Shown here piece by piece: positions 19,395 through 28,358 of a stretch of 32,000 nucleotides of DNA. The notes beneath the pieces are model-generated. The model did not search any database. It was not told the origin of the DNA and worked only from the letters and a program-made list of their open reading frames with translations. The stretch comes from Desulfotalea psychrophila LSv54 (GTDB lineage: Bacteria; Desulfobacterota; Desulfobulbia; Desulfobulbales; Desulfocapsaceae). The position numbers and the translations under genes are program-made. Each line of letters opens with the position of its first letter. Positions within the stretch are counted from its first letter, which is position 1. The stretch lies in the NCBI RefSeq assembly GCF_000025945.1, contig NC_006138.1, forward strand, positions 60,001 to 92,000. Direction: 5' to 3'.

Positions 19395-20318
19395 ATGAAA
19401 ATTGTTATTATCGGCCCGGGTTCCATGGGCCTACTCATCGCCTCAAAACTTGCCTTGGCAGGTAATGAGCCGCTCCTGCTTGATTATCGGCAGGAGCGGG
19501 CAGAGAGGCTGAACCAAACGGGAATCATCTACCAAAACCGGCAGGATAAACAGATCTGCCGACCGAAATTTATCTCCCAGCCCAGGAACCTCACCAACAT
19601 TGATGCCCTTATCTTTTGTGTCAAGTCCTACTCACTGAGCCAATCCCTTCAGTTTTGCCAACCTCTTTTAGAGCGGTGCTCCCTGGCCCTCTTTATGCAA
19701 AATGGCATCAGTCATCTCCAACCACGCCGGCCCGATCATGTAAGCGCCGCCTTTGCCAGCACCACCGAAGGCGCTTACCTGGTAGAGCCGGGCCATATCT
19801 ATCATGCCGGTCAGGGAATAACTAAAATCGGCTTTCTTGCCAATGCCCCCGAGAAGAGCCAACGTCTTCTTAAAGAGCTTATTACGGAACTGAACAGTTC
19901 AGGTCTAAAAAGCGAAGAGAGCAAGACGATAGAGGAGGTTGTCTGGTCTAAGCTCCTGGTCAATATTGGCATTAACGGCCTGACAGCCATCTACAACTGC
20001 ACCAATGGCGAGCTACTCAAACGACCCGAGGCGCAGGCACGAATGAAAAGGGCCGTGACCGAGGCAGAAGAGGTGGCCCGGGCAATTGGTATAAAACTGC
20101 CGCCAGACCCCCTTGAGCAGGTACGGGCCGTCTGCCGGGCAACAGAAAACAATATATCATCAATGCTCCAGGATATCAGGGCGGGACGAAGTACTGAGAT
20201 CAGGGCTATCAATGTGGCTCTGTTAGAAATTGCCACGCAGCATGGTATTGCCTGTCCTGAAAATGCCCTTATAGTATCTGAGGTGCTCCGAAAAGAAGCT
20301 TTAAGACTGGAGCTATAG
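19395..20318 (+). CDS. panE: 2-dehydropantoate 2-reductase family
   Basis: N-terminal Rossmann IIGPGSMGLLIASKLALAG; FCVKSYSL; EEVVWSKLLVNIGINGLTAI. Confidence 0.85.
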   Translation: MKIVIIGPGSMGLLIASKLALAGNEPLLLDYRQERAERLNQTGIIYQNRQDKQICRPKFISQPRNLTNIDALIFCVKSYSLSQSLQFCQPLLERCSLALFMQNGISHLQPRRPDHVSAAFASTTEGAYLVEPGHIYHAGQGITKIGFLANAPEKSQRLLKELITELNSSGLKSEESKTIEEVVWSKLLVNIGINGLTAIYNCTNGELLKRPEAQARMKRAVTEAEEVARAIGIKLPPDPLEQVRAVCRATENNISSMLQDIRAGRSTEIRAINVALLEIATQHGIACPENALIVSEVLRKEALRLEL

Positions 20319-20350
20319 CAGTGGAGCACCGCGGAATGGCGAGCTGTCAG
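20311..20350. repeat. 40-bp stop-codon-containing repeat, copy A
   Basis: AGCTATAGCAGTGGAGCACCGCGGAATGGCGAGCTGTCAG; TAG at 20316-20318 is the panE stop; 35/40 identical to 31926-31965. Confidence 0.9.
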
Positions 20351-20354
20351 AAAG

Positions 20355-20443
<89 letters not shown>

Positions 20444-20446
20444 ATG

Positions 20447-20690
20447 TTAACCACAGAGGAAAATGAGAGCACAGAGAAAAACTTTTTAAATTAAACTGCC
20501 TAAAAACAGAGATGAAATTTTAATTTTAAAGACTTTTAATATTATTTCTCTGTGTACTTGGTTGCCAGCGGCTAACTGTTTTCGCTTTTCTCGTTCTACC
20601 TCTCGCCTTTCGCTACTTCGCTGCTATCTTTTAGGCAGTGGCAGTTTACCAAAAAGATCTCTGTGTGCTTGGTTGCAGTGGTTAACTTTT
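20447..20690. repeat. Convergent AACCACAGAG-type modules
   Basis: Forward TTAACCACAGAGGAAAATGAGAGCACAGAGAAAAACTTTTT at 20447-20487; degenerate reverse copies ctctgtgtacttggttgccagcggctaac (20547-20575) and aaaaagatctctgtgtgcttggttgcagtggttaac (about 20651-20686). Confidence 0.8.
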
Positions 20691-20827
20691 TTTTGCTTTT
20701 TGTTTTTCGCTTTTCGCTTTTCGCCACTTCGCTACGCCCCGCTGCTACTGACAACTGAAATCTATAACAAGACTAACGTAAAACAGAAAAATCACTACAA
20801 AAGTAGAAAATATAAAGAGAGAAAAAC

Positions 20828-21397
20828 ATGCAAATTCCAGCAGGAGAGATAGGATTTGATTTTGATGGGGTAATAGCCAACACCGCCTCATACTTTATCA
20901 ACTTGGCCAAAGAAAAACACAACATCCACATTAACCTTGAAGATATCACCAATTTTGACGTGGAAGAATGCCTCAACATGAGCAAGGAGATGGCCGACGA
21001 CATTTTCATGGAGATCATGCAGGACTCAATGAGCACAAGACTGCAGCCACTGGCAGGTGCCATCCAGACCCTGAGCAAAATTGCCCAAAAGCACTCCGCA
21101 ACCATTATCACCGCCCGCCCCATCCAGAGGCCCGTAGAGATCTGGTTGGAGAGACATTTTTCTGCAGAGATACTGCCTAAAATCAATCTGGTGGCCATGG
21201 GAGATCACGACGGCAAAGTTCGCTACGCACGGGAGCGGGGCATAAAATACTTTGTTGACGACAGGGCCGATACCTGTCTCCAGTTCGCCCGTGAAAACTT
21301 CACCCCCCTGGTATTTGAGCAACCGTGGAATAGGGGACGACATAGTCTCACCACCGTTTCCAATTGGCAGGAGATTCAAGACCTTGTCGAAATATAG
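20828..21397 (+). CDS. 5'-nucleotidase-like HAD family protein
   Basis: GFDFDGVIANTASYF HAD motif I; ITARPIQRPVEIWLERH; IKYFVDDRADTC. Confidence 0.8.
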   Translation: MQIPAGEIGFDFDGVIANTASYFINLAKEKHNIHINLEDITNFDVEECLNMSKEMADDIFMEIMQDSMSTRLQPLAGAIQTLSKIAQKHSATIITARPIQRPVEIWLERHFSAEILPKINLVAMGDHDGKVRYARERGIKYFVDDRADTCLQFARENFTPLVFEQPWNRGRHSLTTVSNWQEIQDLVEI

Positions 21398-21415
21398 AAC
21401 GAAGAGAGAACGCAT

Positions 21416-21856
21416 ATGAAATGCCCACACTGCCAAGGACCAATCACTATCTACAGAAATCCAATCCCCACCGTTGATATCATTATCGAAATAGAGGAAA
21501 AGGTGGTGCTGATAGAGAGAAAAAACACTCCTCATGGTTGGGCCATTCCGGGCGGCTTTGTCGACTACGGTGAATCCTTTGAGACAGCGGCATTGCGCGA
21601 GGCAGAGGAGGAGACAGGGATAAAGCTAAAGGAGATAGAGCAGTTTAGAACCTATTCAGCCCCGGACAGAGACCCACGCCAGCACACCGCCTCAACCGTT
21701 TTCTTTGCCAGAGGAGATGGACAACAGCCCCGAGGTGGAGACGATGCCCTCCGGGCAGAACTCTTTTCCTGGGATGACCTGCCTGCAGGAATTGTCTTTG
21801 ATCACAAAAAAATACTCGCCGAATTCAGAGCATTTTCTCAGAATTTGAGGACATAA
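21416..21856 (+). CDS. Nudix hydrolase
   Basis: Nudix box GGFVDYGESFETAALREAEEETGI with an N-terminal CPHCQGPITIYRNP zinc-ribbon-like segment. Confidence 0.92.
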   Translation: MKCPHCQGPITIYRNPIPTVDIIIEIEEKVVLIERKNTPHGWAIPGGFVDYGESFETAALREAEEETGIKLKEIEQFRTYSAPDRDPRQHTASTVFFARGDGQQPRGGDDALRAELFSWDDLPAGIVFDHKKILAEFRAFSQNLRT

Positions 21857-21891
21857 AAAAAGGGCTGAGAAGAAAATTCCTCTCAGCCCTT
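21854..21891 (-). terminator. Intrinsic terminator reading minus, probably originally typA's
   Basis: Minus strand AAGGGCTGAGA...TCTCAGCCCTTTTTTT. Confidence 0.7.
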
Positions 21892-21892
21892 A

Positions 21893-22062
21893 ACTAGTGC
21901 TCTGTAAAACTTTATCCACCGTATATTGTTTGCCCTTTTCTCGCGCTGACTTCGTTTCTCATTCGGTCACATAGCGCTGCTATGCTCCTTCATTCGTGCC
22001 TTGTAGCGCACCAAAATGGCTAAACAATATTGACGATATCTAAATCTCTACAAAGCACTAGT
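21893..22062. mobile_element. MITE-like 170 bp inverted-repeat element
   Basis: Termini ACTAGTGCTCTGTA / TACAAAGCACTAGT (13/14 inverted match), inverted similarity extending through ATTGTTTgCCctTTT / AAAAtGGCtAAACAAT, and central palindrome CATAGCgctGCTATG. Confidence 0.7.
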
Positions 22063-22078
22063 ACGGAGTCAGCGAATA

Positions 22079-23881
22079 CTAACTACGAATTCGTACGCCT
22101 GGCTTCTTACGCAGACGAATGGACTGAGGAGTTACCTCAACGAGCTCATCATCGTTGATATAGGCAATACAATCTTCCAAGGTCATTGCCTTTGCTGGAA
22201 CAAGAATAACGGCTTCATCGGAACCAGAGGCACGCATATTGGTAAGTTTCTTGCCCTTAGCTGGGTTAACAACCAAATCAGCTGCACGAGCATGCTCACC
22301 AACAATCTGTCCCGCATAAAGGGGATCGCCCGGCTTAACAATAAGGTAACCACGATCCTGAAGGTTGAAGAGTGCGAAGGCTACGGCTACACAGGTCTCT
22401 TTTGCAATCAGAACGCCGTTCACACGGTTAATAATATCACCAGCATATGGACCGTACTCGGAGAAGACATAAGCCATCATGCCCATTCCCTTGGTATCGG
22501 TCATAAATTGTGATTTATAACCCAAAAGACCACGGGTTGGAATCTTGTAAATCAAACGAACCATGCCATTTGCAAGGGTCATCTCTTCCATCTGACCTTT
22601 CAATTTACCAAGCTTCTCAATAACCGGTCCCTGATAGAGTTCATCAACGTCAACGGTAAGGGTTTCGTATGGCTCAAGTACCTGACCATTATCATCTTCG
22701 CGCATGATAACTTGAGGACGGGTTACCTGAAACTCAAATCCTTCACGACGCATATTCTCAATAAGAATGGAAAGATGCAATTCACCACGACCAGATACCT
22801 TAAAACCTACAGCATCGGTGAGAGGCTCATAGCGAAGGGCAACATCGGAGAGAATCTCTTTTTCAAGACGATCACCAATATGACGTGAGGTAACATACTT
22901 TCCTTCACGACCAGCAAAAGGTGAATCGTTTGGAATGAAATGCATGGAGATGGTAGGTGGATCGATCTCAATGAGTGGCAGAGGGGTTGGATTCGCAAGG
23001 TCGGTAAATGTTACACCAACGTTTACATCATCCATACCGGCAACAGCAACAATTTCACCAACGCTGGCACTCTCTATTGACACCTTGCCATCACACTCAA
23101 AACGGTAAATTTTGGTGATACGAACAGGGGTGAGAGATCCATCACGACGGGCCACAGCAATGGGTTGATTGATGGTCATGGTGCCATTCACAACTTTACC
23201 AATGCCAAGACGACCAAGGTATGGAGAATAATCAATGGTACCAACCTGCATCTGCAGAGGAGCATCAACAGAACCCACTGGTGCTGGAGTCTGTTCGATG
23301 ATCATCCTGGAGATACACTCCATACTACCACCATCAACGATCTCATCATCAGGATTAAGAAGGGCATAGCCCTCTTTCGCCGAGGCGTAGACAATAGGAA
23401 AGTCAAGGATATGATCAGGGGCATTCAACTTAACAAAGAGGTCGAAAACCTGATCTACAACCCAGTCACAACGAGCTGCTGGCTTGTCAATTTTGTTAAT
23501 TACCACGATTACAGGAAGATGGTTCTCAAGGGCCTTCTTAAGAACAAAGTAGGTCTGTGGCATTGGTCCTTCCTGAGCATCAACGAGGAGCAGGGCTCCA
23601 TCCGCCATACGCAAAACACGCTCTACCTGGCCACCGAAATCGGCATGGCCTGGGGTATCAATGATGTTAATCATATGATCGTCGTAATGGTATGAACCGT
23701 TTTTAGCGGTAATGGTAATTCCGCGCTCTTTTTCAATATCGCCGGAGTCCATAAGACGCTCGGACACTGCCTGGTTATCTCTGAACATACCAGACTGTTT
23801 AAAAAGCTCATCAACCAAGGTTGTTTTTCCATGATCAACGTGGGCGATAATAGCAACGTTACGAATTTTACTTTGTTCCAT
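22079..23881 (-). CDS. typA: Translational GTPase TypA/BipA
   Basis: IAHVDHGKTTLVDELFKQSG, DIEKERGITITAKN, DTPGHADFGG, NKIDKP, C-terminal GLLGYKSQFMTDTKGMG; 600 aa. Confidence 0.97.
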   Translation of the reverse strand: MEQSKIRNVAIIAHVDHGKTTLVDELFKQSGMFRDNQAVSERLMDSGDIEKERGITITAKNGSYHYDDHMINIIDTPGHADFGGQVERVLRMADGALLLVDAQEGPMPQTYFVLKKALENHLPVIVVINKIDKPAARCDWVVDQVFDLFVKLNAPDHILDFPIVYASAKEGYALLNPDDEIVDGGSMECISRMIIEQTPAPVGSVDAPLQMQVGTIDYSPYLGRLGIGKVVNGTMTINQPIAVARRDGSLTPVRITKIYRFECDGKVSIESASVGEIVAVAGMDDVNVGVTFTDLANPTPLPLIEIDPPTISMHFIPNDSPFAGREGKYVTSRHIGDRLEKEILSDVALRYEPLTDAVGFKVSGRGELHLSILIENMRREGFEFQVTRPQVIMREDDNGQVLEPYETLTVDVDELYQGPVIEKLGKLKGQMEEMTLANGMVRLIYKIPTRGLLGYKSQFMTDTKGMGMMAYVFSEYGPYAGDIINRVNGVLIAKETCVAVAFALFNLQDRGYLIVKPGDPLYAGQIVGEHARAADLVVNPAKGKKLTNMRASGSDEAVILVPAKAMTLEDCIAYINDDELVEVTPQSIRLRKKPGVRIRS

Positions 23882-24145
23882 CCTGGTTGTCCTATAGCCA
23901 AAAAAGGCGGGGTTGGGTAATCTTAGTCAGAAGTACATCCCCAGCCTTTGGGGGTGCAAAAAAAAAAAGGCTTCGCAATCATGCGTCGCCTTAGAGTAAC
24001 ATTACATTATACACAAAGTATCAAACTTGGCAAGTATAAAAATCCACACCAACACCACCTATTACCGAAGAAAATGTTTGTCTGTCATCTTTATTTGGAC
24101 TTATGCATGCATCTTTACCGGAGAGACTCGACCCTGTCAGAACCA

Positions 24146-24322
24146 TCACCCCATTCCTCTGCCAGAGCCGCCACCCCGCCCAGAACGGCCTTTTCCCCCA
24201 GCACGATCACCATTTTTCCGCTTCGATCCACCCTTAGGTCCAGAGCGAATAACCAATAAAATAAGAACTAAACCAACAAGTAAACCTAATAATGCACCTA
24301 AGGTCATCACGTCCCCCATTCT
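24146..24322 (-). CDS. Possible small single-pass membrane protein with a basic Gly-rich tail
   Basis: From an internal Met: MGDVMTLGALLGLLVGLVLILLVIRSGPKGGSKRKNGDRAGGKGRSGRGGG; overlapping ORFs on the other strand look less protein-like. The start coordinate is approximate. Confidence 0.35.
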   Translation of the reverse strand, partial: RMGDVMTLGALLGLLVGLVLILLVIRSGPKGGSKRKNGDRAGGKGRSGRGGGSGRGMG

Positions 24323-24569
24323 AAAATTGCCACAAGGCCAGGAAAAGAAACAGGCTGCCATAGCCAAAGCTATATAACTACATTCATCACAAAGCTACTA
24401 TGATAAGTAATAATGGCGACAGGGCCTCCCTGTCAAGAAAACTTCGAAGCAAAGGAAGTACAGCTGCCGCCAAGAGAGGAGTAGCCTCACAACTATTTGC
24501 ACTTCTAACAAAGCTTTTGTACTATTAGATTTTAAAATAATTGATCTCTTCTACCTTAAAGGAACCACC

Positions 24570-25172
24570 ATGCTGAAATACATCGCCCTGCTGACAATCA
24601 GCCTCTGCTCTTTTTGCCAAGCAGCCTACGCCCAACCAGGCACCCCACCCATTATCGTTGACCTCCCCGAGGCGGTAATAGAAAAGGCTCTCCAGGAAAT
24701 TATCCCACTGTCCATCCCTACCAATTCCGACAGCATCTCTGGTACCATCGAAATTGCCCAGATAAGCGAACTCAAGCTCAGCAACAAGATACTCTCCTGC
24801 AAAACCAAACTGAAGGGTCACAATATCCAACTGGGAACCAAACTTGGCAGCCAGGTCATCCACCTTAATGTTGGTGAGGTAGAGACTAATTTTTCCACCG
24901 AGGCAACTCTCCGCTTTGACCCCGCAGGCAAACAAATATTCATCAAACCCGTTCTCAAAAATGGCTCCTCAGATGGTGATGCCCTCAGTAACGCCCTGCT
25001 CCTACTCTTAAGCGGCAAGGAGTTCCCCCTAAAACTTGAGAAGATAAAGCCCATCACCGCCCAGATAGATCAACAGAAACTATTTATCGACATGGCGCTC
25101 TCAGACATCATCATCAAAGAGGGTCTCCTGCGAGTACTTTTGCACCCTAAAGTATATAAGGAAAAGCTGTAG
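24570..25172 (+). CDS. Hypothetical secreted/periplasmic protein
   Basis: Signal peptide MLKYIALLTISLCSFCQAAYA then a 180 aa soluble domain; no family recognised. Confidence 0.7.
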   Translation: MLKYIALLTISLCSFCQAAYAQPGTPPIIVDLPEAVIEKALQEIIPLSIPTNSDSISGTIEIAQISELKLSNKILSCKTKLKGHNIQLGTKLGSQVIHLNVGEVETNFSTEATLRFDPAGKQIFIKPVLKNGSSDGDALSNALLLLLSGKEFPLKLEKIKPITAQIDQQKLFIDMALSDIIIKEGLLRVLLHPKVYKEKL

Positions 25173-25190
25173 GAGAACAACAGCTGGCAG
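25164..25190. repeat. Stop-overlapping repeat, second copy at 25403-25429
   Basis: AAGCTGTAGGAGAACAACAGCTGGCAG vs AAGCTGTAAGAGAACTACAGCTGTCAG (24/27). Confidence 0.85.
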
Positions 25191-25219
25191 TTATCAAATA
25201 GATGAGGACAAAAAAACAA

Positions 25220-25500
<281 letters not shown>

Positions 25501-25529
25501 ACTAAAACTAACAGCAAACGAGGGACATA

Positions 25530-26960
25530 ATGAGAATTCTCCTCACAGGCGCAACAGGATATATAGGCAAAAGGCTTCTGCCCGCCCTTATCATCAAGGG
25601 GCATCAAGTTGTCTGTGCTGTTCGGGACCCCAAGAGGTTCCACCCTCCCAAATCATTGCTCGACCATATCGAAGTCATCCAATTAGATCTGCTCGATCAA
25701 GACTCTCTGCAAACTATCCCCACCGACATAGGAGCTGCCTACTATCTCATCCACTCCATGGCCGCTACCTCCGACTACGAGGAGATGGAGCTCCAGTCAG
25801 CTCATAATTTTCGCCGGGCAATCGAAGGTACAGAGGCTCAACAGGTTATCTACCTCAGTGGCATCGCCAACCAGAAAAAACTCTCTAAACACCTTCGCTC
25901 CAGAAAGATGGTCGAAAAAGAACTCCGAAGGGGAGACTACCACCTGACAAGCCTTCGAGCCGGAATTATTATCGGCTCGGGAAGCGCCCCCTTCGAAATC
26001 ATTCGAGACCTGGTGGAAAAGCTCCCCCTGATCGTTGGCCCCAAATGGCTTGAAACCAAATCTCAACCAATCTGTATTACCGATGTCATCACCTATCTCT
26101 CCGAATGCCTCTTTCTACCGGCAAGCTATAATAAAAACTTTGATATAGGCGGGCCGGACATTCTCACCTATCGGGAGATGCTTCTGATCTGTGCTGAGAC
26201 ACGTGGTCTGACGAGAAAAATATACACCGTCCCTCTCATGACACCACGTCTGGCCTCATACGGCCTGCACTTTCTCACCTCCACCTCCTACCCCCTAGCC
26301 AGGTCACTGGTGGACAGCATAACAGTGGAGGTCACCTGCCGCGGCAATGACATTAAGAAGATTATTCCAAGCAAGAACATCTCGTACCGGGAGGCACTGG
26401 AAAGGGCCTTCTTAAAAATCGAGAGCAAGGAGATCCCATCAAGCTGGAAGGACTCCTTCGCAAGCGGGGGGCTGAAGATGAGCATTTCTGATTTTATCGA
26501 TGTGCCCACCTTTGGTTGCTTTATCGATAAACAGATAGAGACAATAGAAGACAGAGAGGCGTGTCTCAATAATATATGGCGAATAGGAGGCAATACCGGT
26601 TGGTACTGCGCCGACTGGCTCTGGCGTATACGGGGAGTTGTCGACAAAATATTTGGCGGTGTCGGCCTGCGAAGAGGACGCACCCACCCGGATCATATCG
26701 CCACAGGAGATGCCCTCGATTTCTGGCGAGTACTCTACGCCGACAGAGACGAGGGCCGCCTCCTTCTCTTTGCCGAGATGAAAATTCCCGGAGAGGCCTG
26801 GCTTGAATTCAGGGTGGAGGACAACAAGCTCTACCAAACCGCCACATTTCGTCCACGGGGTGTTCTCGGCCGTCTCTACTGGTACTCCATCCTGCCCTTC
26901 CATGGCTTCATCTTCCCCAACATGAGCAAAAGGCTGGGGGGATCAGGCTACAAGAGGTAA
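25530..26960 (+). CDS. NAD(P)-binding epimerase-like protein with DUF2867 domain
   Basis: MRILLTGATGYIGKRLLPAL Rossmann start; C-terminal GDALDFWRVLYADRDEGRLLLFAEMKIPGEAWLEFRV...PRGVLGRLYWYSILPFHGFIFPNM typical of DUF2867. Confidence 0.88.
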   Translation: MRILLTGATGYIGKRLLPALIIKGHQVVCAVRDPKRFHPPKSLLDHIEVIQLDLLDQDSLQTIPTDIGAAYYLIHSMAATSDYEEMELQSAHNFRRAIEGTEAQQVIYLSGIANQKKLSKHLRSRKMVEKELRRGDYHLTSLRAGIIIGSGSAPFEIIRDLVEKLPLIVGPKWLETKSQPICITDVITYLSECLFLPASYNKNFDIGGPDILTYREMLLICAETRGLTRKIYTVPLMTPRLASYGLHFLTSTSYPLARSLVDSITVEVTCRGNDIKKIIPSKNISYREALERAFLKIESKEIPSSWKDSFASGGLKMSISDFIDVPTFGCFIDKQIETIEDREACLNNIWRIGGNTGWYCADWLWRIRGVVDKIFGGVGLRRGRTHPDHIATGDALDFWRVLYADRDEGRLLLFAEMKIPGEAWLEFRVEDNKLYQTATFRPRGVLGRLYWYSILPFHGFIFPNMSKRLGGSGYKR

Positions 26961-27006
26961 TAAAGATCCATAGAGAAGAGATAAGCCCTTACTACCCGAG
27001 GGAGAG

Positions 27007-27549
27007 CTACCACATAAGATCATCGGGGATTTGATACTCCGCATAGGGATCTTCTTCATCAAGATCAGCTGTCATTTCAGCAATAAAGACAAAGGTACCT
27101 GTGGCAAGACTCTCTATTTTCTCAATGACAGCCCGGTTCACAACCTCATAACCTGCCGCAAAAGCAACAATACCCAATCGCCCCTTGCTGAGTTGATCGG
27201 CAACCTCTTTAGCAACGAAGATGCGCTGTATTTTTTTATCATCGGTAAAATGATAGGCAAGACCTTTCTTGTCTTTTTCTATACGATTCTGAGTAATAAT
27301 CTGTTTTACCGCAGCCATCGCTTCACGCTTGCGTAATTTTTCCTCACGCTGACGATTAAGCTCCTGAGCCCGAATCCGTTTCTTCTCCTGAGCCTCCTGA
27401 GCCAAGAGGGCGTTTTCATCAACTACAGGTGCTGCATTTTTGGCAACCTTTTGTTTCTTCTTCTGATGTTGAACTTTTTTACTCTTGGTCACCTGCTTCT
27501 TATCAACTAGGCCAAGCTTTAAGAACTGGTCCTGAAATGGATTGCTCAT
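27007..27549 (-). CDS. DUF2058 family protein (likely start 27549; ORF open to 27594)
   Basis: MSNPFQDQFLKLGLVDKKQ...KKQKVAKNA..YHFTDDKKIQRIFV...QLSKGRLGIVAF. Confidence 0.85.
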   Translation of the reverse strand: MSNPFQDQFLKLGLVDKKQVTKSKKVQHQKKKQKVAKNAAPVVDENALLAQEAQEKKRIRAQELNRQREEKLRKREAMAAVKQIITQNRIEKDKKGLAYHFTDDKKIQRIFVAKEVADQLSKGRLGIVAFAAGYEVVNRAVIEKIESLATGTFVFIAEMTADLDEEDPYAEYQIPDDLMW

Positions 27550-27617
27550 AACATTATTTATGGTGTTAATATTTAATAAGAAAAACAAAATCATAACAGG
27601 ATGAATGGATAACAGAC

Positions 27618-28259
27618 CTACCTGTTCACCTCAACCCGTTCTATGCCTTTAACCACAAAGGGCAAGATATTATCAACAATTATTTGATAGCCCGCCTGGT
27701 TGGGGTGAAGCCTATCCAACTGATTATAACGCCAGTCGAGGGCAACACCCTCTAGAAAAAATGGAAAAAAGACAGGACTATAATCCTCTTCCAGCTGAGA
27801 ATAGATCCTATTGTATCTCTGCATATAGGCCTGCCCCCTGGTCGCCCTAACCTTCATCCCCGCCAGGACAACAACAACGTCATTATCTGCAAAAATTTGC
27901 AGTAACTGAGAAATATTATCCTTTATTTTGGCAGGGGCATAGCCCCTAAGGCCATCGTTAGCGCCTGTCTCCAGGATAACAATATCAGGCTCATAGGCCA
28001 AAATATCAGATGCACGGGCAAGGGTTTGAGCACTGACCTCCCCACTTACGCCAAGGTTTATAACCTCAAAGGCATAACCCATCCGGGCAAGTTTTGTCTG
28101 GAGTAGGGCTGGGTAGGCATCCTCCTTTTCCAGGCCATAGCCAGCAGTCAGGCTATCACCCACAGCAAGAATACGCCCCCCATTTTTCCCGGACACAACA
28201 CCCTCGCCACGGCAGGCACAAAGGGCGAATAACAGCAGTACAGCATATATTTTATTCAT
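27618..28259 (-). CDS. Arylesterase/lysophospholipase TesA-like SGNH hydrolase (likely start 28259; ORF open to 28364)
   Basis: Signal/lipobox-like MNKIYAVLLLFALCAC; ILAVGDSLTAGYGLEKEDAYPALLQ; LETGANDGLRG; LHPNQAGYQIIV. Confidence 0.88.
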   Translation of the reverse strand: MNKIYAVLLLFALCACRGEGVVSGKNGGRILAVGDSLTAGYGLEKEDAYPALLQTKLARMGYAFEVINLGVSGEVSAQTLARASDILAYEPDIVILETGANDGLRGYAPAKIKDNISQLLQIFADNDVVVVLAGMKVRATRGQAYMQRYNRIYSQLEEDYSPVFFPFFLEGVALDWRYNQLDRLHPNQAGYQIIVDNILPFVVKGIERVEVNR

Positions 28260-28358
28260 AGAGTGGCAGTACCTCCAGGATACAATCATTTTTTGGTGTA
28301 AGTTACCCATATCTGGTATGATAAAGAAATCATCAAACCTCAACCCAGAATAACCACC

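Noticed and set aside
23948-24377. Plus-strand ORFs 23948..24259 and 24027..24377
   Set aside because: Overlapping frames with Pro/Arg-rich composition typical of antisense of the minus ORF; no credible family. Only the minus-strand membrane ORF is kept, at low confidence.
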